31,622 bases of DNA from Candidatus Hermodarchaeota archaeon (GTDB taxonomy: Archaea > Asgardarchaeota > Hermodarchaeia > Hermodarchaeales > Hermodarchaeaceae). Made by a program: the position numbers and the translations under genes. Positions 18,936 through 27,417 of the stretch are shown piece after piece (the first letter of the stretch is position 1; each line of letters opens with the position of its first letter). The stretch covers positions 1-31,622 of the forward strand of contig JAEOUH010000009.1 in the NCBI GenBank assembly GCA_016839365.1, in the 5' to 3' direction. The notes under the pieces were generated by a model. It saw nothing but the letters and a program-made list of their open reading frames with translations, had not been told where the DNA came from and did not search any database.

Positions 18936-19293
18936 AGAGCTTCCACCACGTGTTCGTCAGCAGCTTGTTCGGGTTCAGCAAACACGTGATAGTCTACAAT
19001 ACGTTACTGCCTTATTGCTTCAAGTTAAACAGCAGCTCGCAGAAACTAAAAACGCTCAAGAGCAGATAAGTGGATTAACTGAAAAAAGTGTGATCTATCA
19101 AGCCTCTGGACCACTGCTCTTTAAAACCACTAAAACCAAGGCGACCAACTCTCTAAAAGAGCAGATTGAGGCGCTTGAGCTACGGGTAAAATCCCTTGAA
19201 AAACAAGAAACCCAATTGCGTAAACAATATGATACTCTCCAAGACACTCTTCGAGGTATGCTTGGACAACCTGGCCCCACTCCTGCTGGCTAG
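18928..19293 (+). CDS. pfdB: Prefoldin beta subunit
   Basis: ELPPRVRQQL, coiled coil - IYQASGPLLFK hairpin - coiled coil LELRVKSLEKQE. Confidence 0.92.
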   Translation: MGEELPPRVRQQLVRVQQTRDSLQYVTALLLQVKQQLAETKNAQEQISGLTEKSVIYQASGPLLFKTTKTKATNSLKEQIEALELRVKSLEKQETQLRKQYDTLQDTLRGMLGQPGPTPAG

Positions 19294-19334
19294 TCTCCGT
19301 CGTTGACCTTTCCGCCCTTCAACCGATTATTCTG

Positions 19335-20387
19335 ATGGCGGTAGTTTTCTTGAAACAACTCAATCCTTCCCTGTTCCTGAGAACCTTGTTGCAGAAGGCT
19401 AAGGATTCGGTGGCTTTAGTCTTGCATCAAAGTGCAGACCCTGACGCAATCGGCAGTGCTGCAGCATTAGCCCAATTGCTTTCGCAGGAAGCTCAGATTC
19501 GATCACAGATATTCGCCGAAAGCCTCAACCGCTCAGCCAACAATATTGTCACTCATTACCAAATAGAACTCACGGACCCAGAGGAACTCGCCCAGCATTC
19601 CACTATCGTATTGATCGATTTGAACAATGTTGAACAGTTAGGTGATCTTACCTCACACCTGCCACGAAAAGGAGCCACAATATTTTGCATCGATCATCAC
19701 GCACCTCACAAAAATCTCCCCCAATTGACGAACTACCTGCTATATGATGACCAAATCCGGTCCACAGCTGAACTCATCTTGTTTCTCTGGCAGGCAAGCA
19801 CCCATAAGTTAAGTGCCGATTCAGCCACGCAGTTAGCCTGCGGTCTTGTCTATGATTCAAGACACTTTCACATTGCCATGAAAAATACCTTTGAGCACTT
19901 TCTCATCTTACTCCAACATGGTGCCGATTATGAACGGGTACTCTCACTATTATCAACCCCATTAGATAAATCTGAACGCATCGCTCGCTTGAAAGCGACC
20001 CAACGCACAGTGGTATACGATGAGTTCGGTCTGCTCATTGTCGCGACGAAAATCCGATCCTATGAGGCCAGCGTGTGCAGAGCACTCATTGGGCTCGGGG
20101 CTGATATTGCAATTGCTTGTGCTGATAAACATGATGAGGTTCGAATTAGTGCCCGTTCGAACTTGTCCGTGAACCAGGAGACGGGTCTTGACTTGGCACG
20201 AGATGTCATGGAACCCTTAGGGGAAATGATTGGCGGCGCTGGCGGTGGTCATCCTTCGGCTGCTGGAGCGAATGGTGTGGCTTCCAGTGATCATGCCTTG
20301 GGACTTGCTCTCCAATTGATTCGGAAAGCTCTAAAAGCTCATCAGGCTGAATTTCAGCCAGCTTCTGATCAAGGTTCTGATAGGTGA
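19335..20387 (+). CDS. DHH/DHHA1 phosphoesterase (NrnA-like nanoRNase/pAp phosphatase)
   Basis: HQSADPDAIGS, CIDHH, YDSRHF, RISAR, GGGHPSAAG. Confidence 0.88.
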   Translation: MAVVFLKQLNPSLFLRTLLQKAKDSVALVLHQSADPDAIGSAAALAQLLSQEAQIRSQIFAESLNRSANNIVTHYQIELTDPEELAQHSTIVLIDLNNVEQLGDLTSHLPRKGATIFCIDHHAPHKNLPQLTNYLLYDDQIRSTAELILFLWQASTHKLSADSATQLACGLVYDSRHFHIAMKNTFEHFLILLQHGADYERVLSLLSTPLDKSERIARLKATQRTVVYDEFGLLIVATKIRSYEASVCRALIGLGADIAIACADKHDEVRISARSNLSVNQETGLDLARDVMEPLGEMIGGAGGGHPSAAGANGVASSDHALGLALQLIRKALKAHQAEFQPASDQGSDR

Positions 20388-20393
20388 CATCGT

Positions 20394-21233
20394 GTGAGCA
20401 TTGAAATTAACGGGTTGTCCTTCACCTATTCGGGCTCTGACACGAAGGTGTTAGATGATATTTCGCTTTTCATTCCCCAGGGCGCTTTCGTTGGTCTCGT
20501 TGGGCCAAGTGGGTGTGGGAAAACCACGTTGGCGCGGTGTTTAAATGGTCTTATTCCCCATTTTCACCCCGGGGATTTGGAAGGGAGTGTCATCGTCCAA
20601 GGATTGAACTCGCAAGAGCATCAAGCCCATGAACTCGCACAGAAAGTAGGGTTGGTGTTTCAAAATCCGGAAAACCAGTTGGTTGCTCCTACAGTGGAAC
20701 GTGAATTAGCGTTCGGACCTGAGAACCTTGGTGTTCCTCGTGATGAAATCCGTCAGCGAGTTGAGACCCTGCTTAATCAGAATAACCTCTTAGAACTACG
20801 TGATAAGGCACCCTATGAGCTCTCCGGAGGTGAGCAACAACGCGTAGCTATTGCCGCGATTCTTGCCCTTGAACCCGATATTCTCGTATTAGACGAGCCA
20901 ACAGCAAATCTTGATCCCTTATCAGCTTTTGAAATTCTGAAGCTCATAGCAAAATTGAATCAGGAGATGAAGATCACTGTCCTTCTTATTGAACACCGAT
21001 TAGAACTCGTATTGCCTCTTATCCAAGAGCTCATTGTTCTCGATAATGGGAAAATCCTGATGCGGGGGCCTCCTGCTGAGGTCTTCAACAACCCCTCGGT
21101 CTCTGAAGTTGGTGTAGCCATCCCACGAATAATCCAGCTAATGAAGCAACTCGATAATCCGCGAATTCGTGCAACGACGCCACTTTCTGTTGACGAGGCA
21201 ATTGGTATGATACTCAAGGAGGTACGACGATGA
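20394..21233 (+). CDS. ecfA1: ECF transporter ATPase subunit A
   Basis: GPSGCGKT, VFQNPENQ, LSGGEQQR, LVLDEPT, EH. Confidence 0.93.
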   Translation: MSIEINGLSFTYSGSDTKVLDDISLFIPQGAFVGLVGPSGCGKTTLARCLNGLIPHFHPGDLEGSVIVQGLNSQEHQAHELAQKVGLVFQNPENQLVAPTVERELAFGPENLGVPRDEIRQRVETLLNQNNLLELRDKAPYELSGGEQQRVAIAAILALEPDILVLDEPTANLDPLSAFEILKLIAKLNQEMKITVLLIEHRLELVLPLIQELIVLDNGKILMRGPPAEVFNNPSVSEVGVAIPRIIQLMKQLDNPRIRATTPLSVDEAIGMILKEVRR

Positions 21234-22057
21234 TTCTGTTCAAAGACGTCGGGTTTGAATATGAACCTGGCCAGCCTGTCCTCCAGAATATCAACCTCGA
21301 ATTAGAACCTGGCCAAGTAGTGGGTCTCATGGGAGAAAATGGTGCAGGAAAAACCACTCTTGTGAAGCACATCAACGGTCTACTCAAACCCACAACCGGC
21401 GCCGTGTATGTAAATAACATCGATACGCGTGACACATCGACAGCCCAATTGGCGAAAACAGTAGGGTTCGTTTTTCAGAATGCTGACCATCAGCTTTTCG
21501 CTGATACCTTACAGGCTGAGGTGGCCTTTGGATTACGAAATCTGGGTTTTTCGAAAGAAGAGGTAGACAATCGCGTAGCCCAGTATCTGGAACTATTCGG
21601 ACTCACTCGCTACGGAGGTCAATCTCCCTTTCTTCTCAGTGGAGGCGAAAGAAAACGCTTGGCTTTGGCGTCTGTACTCTGTGTTGAACCGAAGGTCCTC
21701 ATCTTAGATGAACCTACCCAAGCCCAAGATGCCTTGCAGAAAGCCAAACTGCTCAACTTCATTGACTCGTTCCGTGATCCCGAGCACATCCTATTACTGG
21801 TCACTCATGATGTGGAATTTGCTATCCGCGCCGTCGACCGGCTTATCATCCTATCAAACGGGCAATTGATTGCAGACGGGTCCCCCAACCAAATCCTGAG
21901 TACCCCACGCCTTTTAGATCGGGCTCGTTTACTACCACCACAACTCACACAGTTTGCACATCAAATGGCGAAGCAATTTCCCCAGTTCCCTACCAATGTA
22001 ACCACTCTTGACGAAACCATTGAGGCCGTGAATCAACTACTTCGGGGGAGACGGTGA
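21230..22057 (+). CDS. ecfA2: ECF transporter ATPase subunit A'
   Basis: GENGAGKT, VFQNADHQLF, LSGGERKR, LILDEPT, THD. Confidence 0.93.
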   Translation: MILFKDVGFEYEPGQPVLQNINLELEPGQVVGLMGENGAGKTTLVKHINGLLKPTTGAVYVNNIDTRDTSTAQLAKTVGFVFQNADHQLFADTLQAEVAFGLRNLGFSKEEVDNRVAQYLELFGLTRYGGQSPFLLSGGERKRLALASVLCVEPKVLILDEPTQAQDALQKAKLLNFIDSFRDPEHILLLVTHDVEFAIRAVDRLIILSNGQLIADGSPNQILSTPRLLDRARLLPPQLTQFAHQMAKQFPQFPTNVTTLDETIEAVNQLLRGRR

Positions 22058-22063
22058 ACTAGC

Positions 22064-22843
22064 ATGGCTGCGATATTTGAGGCTTTCCGGTTCAAGCAAA
22101 AAGCCACCTTCATGCATAGCCTAGATCCCCGGACCACCTTCTTCATGGCGGTCACCTTCTCTATCATCGGCATGCTCTTTCTCCAAATAATCCCCCTCCT
22201 CCTCGTGTTCCTCTCCATGGTTCCCTTCATTTTGTTTGCCCGATCCACTCGACAATGGTTCAAAAGCCTTCAAGGACTAGCAATTCTTGCTGGGTTCATC
22301 TTGATTATCAATTCGTTCTTCATCTCCTTCTCCTTCGCCATCTCAACAGTGCTCCGATTAATCGTCCTGATGACGGCTTTTTCCCTCTTCTTTCTCACCG
22401 TTCATCCCGATGATTTCGCATTAGCCCTCATCAAAATGCATATCCCCTATGAGTTCGCCTTTGCCTTCTCCATGGCGGTGCGCTATGTACCCACCATAGC
22501 CACAGAAACAGAAACAATTCGAGACGCGCAGATGTCACGAGGGCTAGAACTTGAACGGGGAAACATCCTGCAAAAAGTACGCAACTACATACCCATCCTC
22601 ATCCCCATCATTGTCAGCTCCATTCGTCGTGCACTACAAGTCGCTGAAAGCTTGGAATCCCGCGCCTTTGGATCCACTGCCAAGCGAACAAGCCTGTATG
22701 ACTTGTCACTCCGAAAACGCGATTACGCCATGCTTCTCGTCACTACATTCGCCCTCATTTTCGCCCTTTTTGTGGCGTTTGTGGTGCGCATTCAATTCCC
22801 CTTTTTGCTACCCGATTGGTTTTTCTGGAGCCTTCCCTTCTAA
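22064..22843 (+). CDS. ecfT: ECF transporter transmembrane T component (EcfT/CbiQ)
   Basis: LDPRT, hydrophobic helices, and two X-Arg-X coupling motifs (AQMSRG and LESRAF). Confidence 0.92.
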   Translation: MAAIFEAFRFKQKATFMHSLDPRTTFFMAVTFSIIGMLFLQIIPLLLVFLSMVPFILFARSTRQWFKSLQGLAILAGFILIINSFFISFSFAISTVLRLIVLMTAFSLFFLTVHPDDFALALIKMHIPYEFAFAFSMAVRYVPTIATETETIRDAQMSRGLELERGNILQKVRNYIPILIPIIVSSIRRALQVAESLESRAFGSTAKRTSLYDLSLRKRDYAMLLVTTFALIFALFVAFVVRIQFPFLLPDWFFWSLPF

Positions 22844-22882
22844 TCGCATCAGGATTATCCTCATCCACGGTGAAAACATTAC

Positions 22883-23482
22883 ATGTCTCCTCTCCTTGTG
22901 CAGGAAGTCTTCGTTGGCACCGAATCGCATCAAGTAGGCGTCTTTGGGTTTACTCGACCAACACCATTGATACCTGAAACAATAACTAAGCTCACTAAGC
23001 AATTCGAGTCCACTCATCGGTTGACGCTTCAAATCGTGGATGCCACTAAGGTAGCAGGTCCAGATCATTTACTCTTTGCAACCCTTCATGCATACACCGC
23101 CTTCCATCACAAGACCAATCGCGCCTCTACCCTTGCCATGGAAATTCTACGATTTGCCGCCGCACAACGTCAAATCACAGAAGCGTTGAATCAGATGGGA
23201 GTCACAAGTGCTACCTGTCAATTCGGCGGAGTATTGACTAATTCAGAGGCTGCCTCCCTCGAAACGGCATACCGCGGGTTCTTATCCGTTGTTGAGGGAA
23301 CTGATGATACTTCGGTTTTAGAAATTACTACTGAACACAAAGAACATGTTATCCAAGAAGCGTTTCAAATCCGTGAGGATGAATTGATGGCCATTAGTCC
23401 ATCAATGGAGCTTGAAGATCGAAGGCAGGCACTGAAAAAAATCGTCTACGACCGCTGCGCTCTTCTTGCTATCTCGCGTTAG
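22883..23482 (+). CDS. cgi121: KEOPS subunit Cgi121
   Basis: QIVDA..VAG.DHL.FA..HA, NRA..LAMEIL..AA.QRQI.EAL..MG. Confidence 0.88.
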   Translation: MSPLLVQEVFVGTESHQVGVFGFTRPTPLIPETITKLTKQFESTHRLTLQIVDATKVAGPDHLLFATLHAYTAFHHKTNRASTLAMEILRFAAAQRQITEALNQMGVTSATCQFGGVLTNSEAASLETAYRGFLSVVEGTDDTSVLEITTEHKEHVIQEAFQIREDELMAISPSMELEDRRQALKKIVYDRCALLAISR

Positions 23483-24018
23483 GGACGACGAAGGGTTACA
23501 CTCTCTTCTTCGCGTAGTAGGGCTAGACCAGTGACTGGTCCGAGGATTTCAACCGCGACAATCCTCTCATACTCTTCTAAATCTACTTTTCCGGGGAATT
23601 GAATGGCGATTTCATGCAAGAGTTTCTTACGATCTAGCTTAGTATCACGACGATTAAGGTTTACGCGGAATTTTGCCCCTTCTGGCATCTGTTTTGCCAG
23701 CTCTTTACTACCGTCACGAATCGCCTCCATGGTGCTGGCAACAACGAGGTCGATGGGTTGGATTTTCAGCAAATCACGCACAATCCATGGCATTTTTTTC
23801 ACAAGTTGTCCAATGCGCATGACAAAAGCGTGGGGGTCTCCTTCGTGTCTCGCGACGACCAGACAGGAAATGCCTGTCAGTTTGCACCATTCCAAGGGTC
23901 CAAGTTCTGATTCGTCGTCGATTATTCGACGAAGCTCCTGACAGCTTTCTGCCTCTTGGAATTGGCGACAGGATAACAAGAGGTTGAATTGATCGTTGAC
24001 GGATAGCATACGGCTCAA
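23479..24018 (-). CDS. Stand-alone THUMP domain tRNA-binding protein (Tan1-like)
   Basis: NLLLSC, GIS.LV, LLKIQPID, FRVNLNRR, KVDLEEY..IVAVEILG. The start may be ATG 24009. Confidence 0.82.
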   Translation of the reverse strand: MSRMLSVNDQFNLLLSCRQFQEAESCQELRRIIDDESELGPLEWCKLTGISCLVVARHEGDPHAFVMRIGQLVKKMPWIVRDLLKIQPIDLVVASTMEAIRDGSKELAKQMPEGAKFRVNLNRRDTKLDRKKLLHEIAIQFPGKVDLEEYERIVAVEILGPVTGLALLREEESVTLRRP

Positions 24019-24064
24019 GGGTGCACGTATCCATTTTTAAGTTTTCAGGAACCAACCCATGCAG

Positions 24065-24715
24065 TCAGAATCCTTTGTCTTTTTTTACCTTCAAGAAGGG
24101 GGCTAGTTTCGCTCTTGCCACGACGCCTGAACGAATGATTTGTGGGGGGTCGACTGTGCAATTAATGATTGTGGAGTCCTTCGAATATTGGGTGGGTCCT
24201 GCGTCCAGAATGAAATCCACAAGCCCTCCCAACTGAAAGGCAGCCGCCTCCGCTGTTCGTGGGCTAGGCTTGTTAGAGATATTCGCACTGGTCCCAATGA
24301 TTGGATACCCCGTAGCCTGTATTATCGCCAAAGTCACAGGATGGTTAGGAACACGGACCGCTAGTGAATTCTGCGGACCCAAAATCCCCACAGGATACTC
24401 GTGATGTGATGACGCAATGAGGGTAAGGGCTCCCGGCCAAAACTTCTTCGCAATTCTCTCAGCTAGCGGAGGAAGGCTGACAAGCTTTTGGGCTTGGACT
24501 AAGCTAGCAGCTAGCAGTGGCATACCTGATTTTGCGGTTCGCTGCTTCACTTCGAGAATTCGATGTACAACTGAAGCGTCAGAAGGGTTTCCCGTCAAGC
24601 CATAAGCCGTATCTGTGGGGAGCACAATGATTTGTCCCTCCTTGATGCGAGCCGCGGCTTCTTGGATAAGGTTCAAATCCAGGTTTTCGGGGTCAATGGT
24701 GTGACGCCTATTCAT
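24065..24715 (-). CDS. sua5: L-threonylcarbamoyladenylate synthase, short TsaC/YrdC type (no SUA5 C-terminal domain)
   Basis: PTDTAYGL, K.R, FWPGALT, AVRVPNHP, TSANIS, STII. Confidence 0.95.
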   Translation of the reverse strand: MNRRHTIDPENLDLNLIQEAAARIKEGQIIVLPTDTAYGLTGNPSDASVVHRILEVKQRTAKSGMPLLAASLVQAQKLVSLPPLAERIAKKFWPGALTLIASSHHEYPVGILGPQNSLAVRVPNHPVTLAIIQATGYPIIGTSANISNKPSPRTAEAAAFQLGGLVDFILDAGPTQYSKDSTIINCTVDPPQIIRSGVVARAKLAPFLKVKKDKGF

Positions 24716-24778
24716 TTTTCAATTGCCACCACCATTGTAGAAGGCGTTCTAGCCTAAAACCTGTTCGAGGAACAATCT

Positions 24779-25786
24779 TTGCAAGGAATTATTCTAGCCA
24801 GTGGGCGTGGCGAACGTTTCTGGCCGCTAACAGAGTACACTCCCAAACCGCTACTTCCTCTGGTAAATCTCCCACTCCTTGAACATCTCTTGTCTGCACT
24901 CTCCGAAGCTGGTTGTACTGAAATCTATGTCAGCATCGGATATGCGGCAGACCAAATGCATGATTTTCTCTCCACCATAGAACTCCCCTCGGCTATTACC
25001 CCGGTGCTAGCCGAAGATTGGGAATATGGACCTTTTGCTTCCTTTCAAGCCGTAATCCCTTACCTGTCCACTGACGAACCATTCATACTTGTTCCCACTG
25101 ACCTGTATGTTTCTCCCCAAAATCTACAACTTCTCATATCCACGCCTTCCCCAATGGCTATGCTCTTTGATCCTCAGAAGAAACAATCTGGTTCCCAGGT
25201 AAAGATGAATCGATCCAACCAGATAACTGAACTTTTCCAATCGAAAACAATTCTTCCGGAAGCATTTCCCAATTTACCTGCACTCCGGGCGATGCCTAAA
25301 TTCTTGGACCAACCACTGCCCGAAGGCCCCAACATTTCTTATACAGTATTTACAATGCTGCAACATTGGCTTGCGGAGGGGGGTGAAATTCAAGGAATAC
25401 CCATCACAACTACGGCTTGGGCTGATGTTGACACCCCACATGATTTGGTACGTTTGAATCATTATCTCTTAACGGATGGTTGGCCACCCTATCAACGCCC
25501 TCCGGGGAGGTTTATCCCAGCTGACAAATCTTTGGAAGGACCATTAGAAACTGCGAATTTAATTTTAGGGCGTCATTCACAAATCCAAGGGCCTGTGCTC
25601 TTCGGAGCCCACGTTCAAGTAGGGGAGAACTGTCTCATTCGTGATGGATCCACTCTTGGGGACAACACGGTTATACAGTCGAATTCCGAACTCGCCCAAT
25701 GTATCACCTTACCACACACTCAGGTTCCCTCGAACGTAGATTTACGCGCGGCGGTGTTAGATGCGCATGGAAGTATCCTTCATTGA
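24779..25786 (+). CDS. NDP-sugar/polyol nucleotidyltransferase with short C-terminal left-handed beta-helix
   Basis: GIILASGRGERFWPLT...PKPLLP, WADVDTP, and hexapeptide repeats (IQGPVLFGAHVQVGENCLI). Confidence 0.85.
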   Translation: MQGIILASGRGERFWPLTEYTPKPLLPLVNLPLLEHLLSALSEAGCTEIYVSIGYAADQMHDFLSTIELPSAITPVLAEDWEYGPFASFQAVIPYLSTDEPFILVPTDLYVSPQNLQLLISTPSPMAMLFDPQKKQSGSQVKMNRSNQITELFQSKTILPEAFPNLPALRAMPKFLDQPLPEGPNISYTVFTMLQHWLAEGGEIQGIPITTTAWADVDTPHDLVRLNHYLLTDGWPPYQRPPGRFIPADKSLEGPLETANLILGRHSQIQGPVLFGAHVQVGENCLIRDGSTLGDNTVIQSNSELAQCITLPHTQVPSNVDLRAAVLDAHGSILH

Positions 25787-25798
25787 AAGTAACTGGAT

Positions 25799-26431
25799 GT
25801 GAGGAAGATGCCTTCACGTATTCGCCTTCGACGGGTATTCAGTCCCCTGGTACGGCTTCTAGCCCGCGGCTTTATTCGTCTGCATATCTCGCCGAATGGG
25901 ATTAGCGCACTGGCATTTTTCTTCGCTTGCTTGGCCACGCTACTACTTATCTTGTATCAGTGGATCATTGCTTATGGTCTGCTGGTCTTTGTTGCTGGAT
26001 TATTAGACGGTGTGGATGGTGAAGTAGCACGGCAGACTAATCGAGCTTCGCGAGCGGGTGGGTTTCTTGATTCGGTGCTGGACCGGTTTGCTGACGTGAT
26101 AGTGCTTTTTCCTTTTCTCTGGCTGCCCAATCCCTTTCCACAATGGGGACCAAGTTGGTGGTGGGTCACCACCGCGATAATTGGGGTCATTCTAGTCAGC
26201 TATGTACGTAGTCGGGCCCAAGCGGCCGGTGTGACGGATACCGATGTTGGACTTGCAGCCCGTTCCGAACGCCTGTTTATTTTAGTCCTCGCCAGTTTAT
26301 TTTCCTTCTTTTTTCCTCCCATGTTGTATCTGGGGCTTATCGTGGTGGCAATTTTAAGCCATCTCACTGTGGTATACCGTATCCTCTATTATTATCGCCA
26401 ACTTGACAAGGTGGGCACTCCAAAACCTTAA
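25799..26431 (+). CDS. CDP-alcohol phosphatidyltransferase (archaetidylinositol-phosphate synthase-like)
   Basis: ISPNGIS, DGVDGEVARQTNRASRAGGFLDSVLDRFAD (DxxDGxxAR...GxxxDxxxD), VSYVRSRA, G.AARSERL. Confidence 0.92.
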   Translation: MRKMPSRIRLRRVFSPLVRLLARGFIRLHISPNGISALAFFFACLATLLLILYQWIIAYGLLVFVAGLLDGVDGEVARQTNRASRAGGFLDSVLDRFADVIVLFPFLWLPNPFPQWGPSWWWVTTAIIGVILVSYVRSRAQAAGVTDTDVGLAARSERLFILVLASLFSFFFPPMLYLGLIVVAILSHLTVVYRILYYYRQLDKVGTPKP

Positions 26432-26461
26432 ACCCGACAACACCGTGGTGCATATTTTGTT

Positions 26462-27187
26462 ATGTCAGACTCCATTTCAGTTAATCATAGCTCTGGTCCG
26501 GAAGCCCTCGCTGAAGCCGTCACCCAAAACCACGTTATAGTGCTGGTTGATGTCCTCCGCGCTAGCAGCACCATCATCACCGCCCTCGCCAATGGGGCTT
26601 CCAAAATCATTCCGGTTCCCACCGTTGAAGAAGCCCGGGAACGAATCTATCATTATCCCAACGGATTTCTCGCCGGAGAGAGAGCTGCTCATCCACCCGC
26701 TGGTTTTGATTATGGCAACTCGCCACGCAGCTTCCTTACCACTCGTATCAAAGGGCATCCCATTATTCTTACCACTAGTAATTTCACCCGAACCCTGGGC
26801 AAACCTCCAGACACTGCAACAATCCTTGTCGGGGCGTTTCTGAATATTGACCATGTGGCAAAGACTGCCCGGTACCTTTCAGAAAAAACAGCACAGCCAA
26901 TCTCTGTCATTTCGGCCGGAAGTCTGCATGGAGTATCCACCGAAGATGACTTCACCTCGTATCATCTCATTATCCGAATAGAAGATCCGGAAGGTCCTCC
27001 CGGCTATGCTGATATTGGAGACTTATCCCGTGAACTCTTAGTGAGTCGTCACGGCAGCCTTCTGGTGCAAACAGGCTATGAAGATGATATCTATTTTTGC
27101 GCTCAACCCAATAGGTATAATCTAACTCCGATTCTCCGAGATGGAGGATTTGTCCCTTTTTCCTCGGAGATGAAAATCCCCGAGTAA
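26462..27187 (+). CDS. comB: ComB family (2-phosphosulfolactate phosphatase-like) phosphatase
   Basis: VDVLRASSTI, LAGER, GFDYGNSP, LTTSN.T, GAFLN, EDD. Confidence 0.9.
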   Translation: MSDSISVNHSSGPEALAEAVTQNHVIVLVDVLRASSTIITALANGASKIIPVPTVEEARERIYHYPNGFLAGERAAHPPAGFDYGNSPRSFLTTRIKGHPIILTTSNFTRTLGKPPDTATILVGAFLNIDHVAKTARYLSEKTAQPISVISAGSLHGVSTEDDFTSYHLIIRIEDPEGPPGYADIGDLSRELLVSRHGSLLVQTGYEDDIYFCAQPNRYNLTPILRDGGFVPFSSEMKIPE

Positions 27188-27299
27188 TGTTCTTCGAATA
27201 GTCACTTGAAGAAAATCCGGGTTTTTGTCGGTGATTTTTCGAAAGATGTGTTTCGAAAACAACAAAATTTCGTACCAGTGCTCATCAACAAAGATAGGG

Positions 27300-27330
27300 T
27301 ATAAAATCTTTCAATGAGAGATTGATAGAT
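27300..27330 (+). promoter_or_regulatory. TATA box followed by an imperfect inverted repeat
   Basis: TATAAAA at 27300-27306, then ATCTTTCAAT-GAGAG-ATTGATAGAT at 27306-27330 (9 of 10 arm positions pair). Confidence 0.45.
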
Positions 27331-27417
27331 GCTACTGATTTCCACAAATCAAGGCTACTGTAGCTGACAAAAGAGACTTGGCAAATCCTTCGAATGCCAG
27401 GGGAGGTAGCGGCTAGT

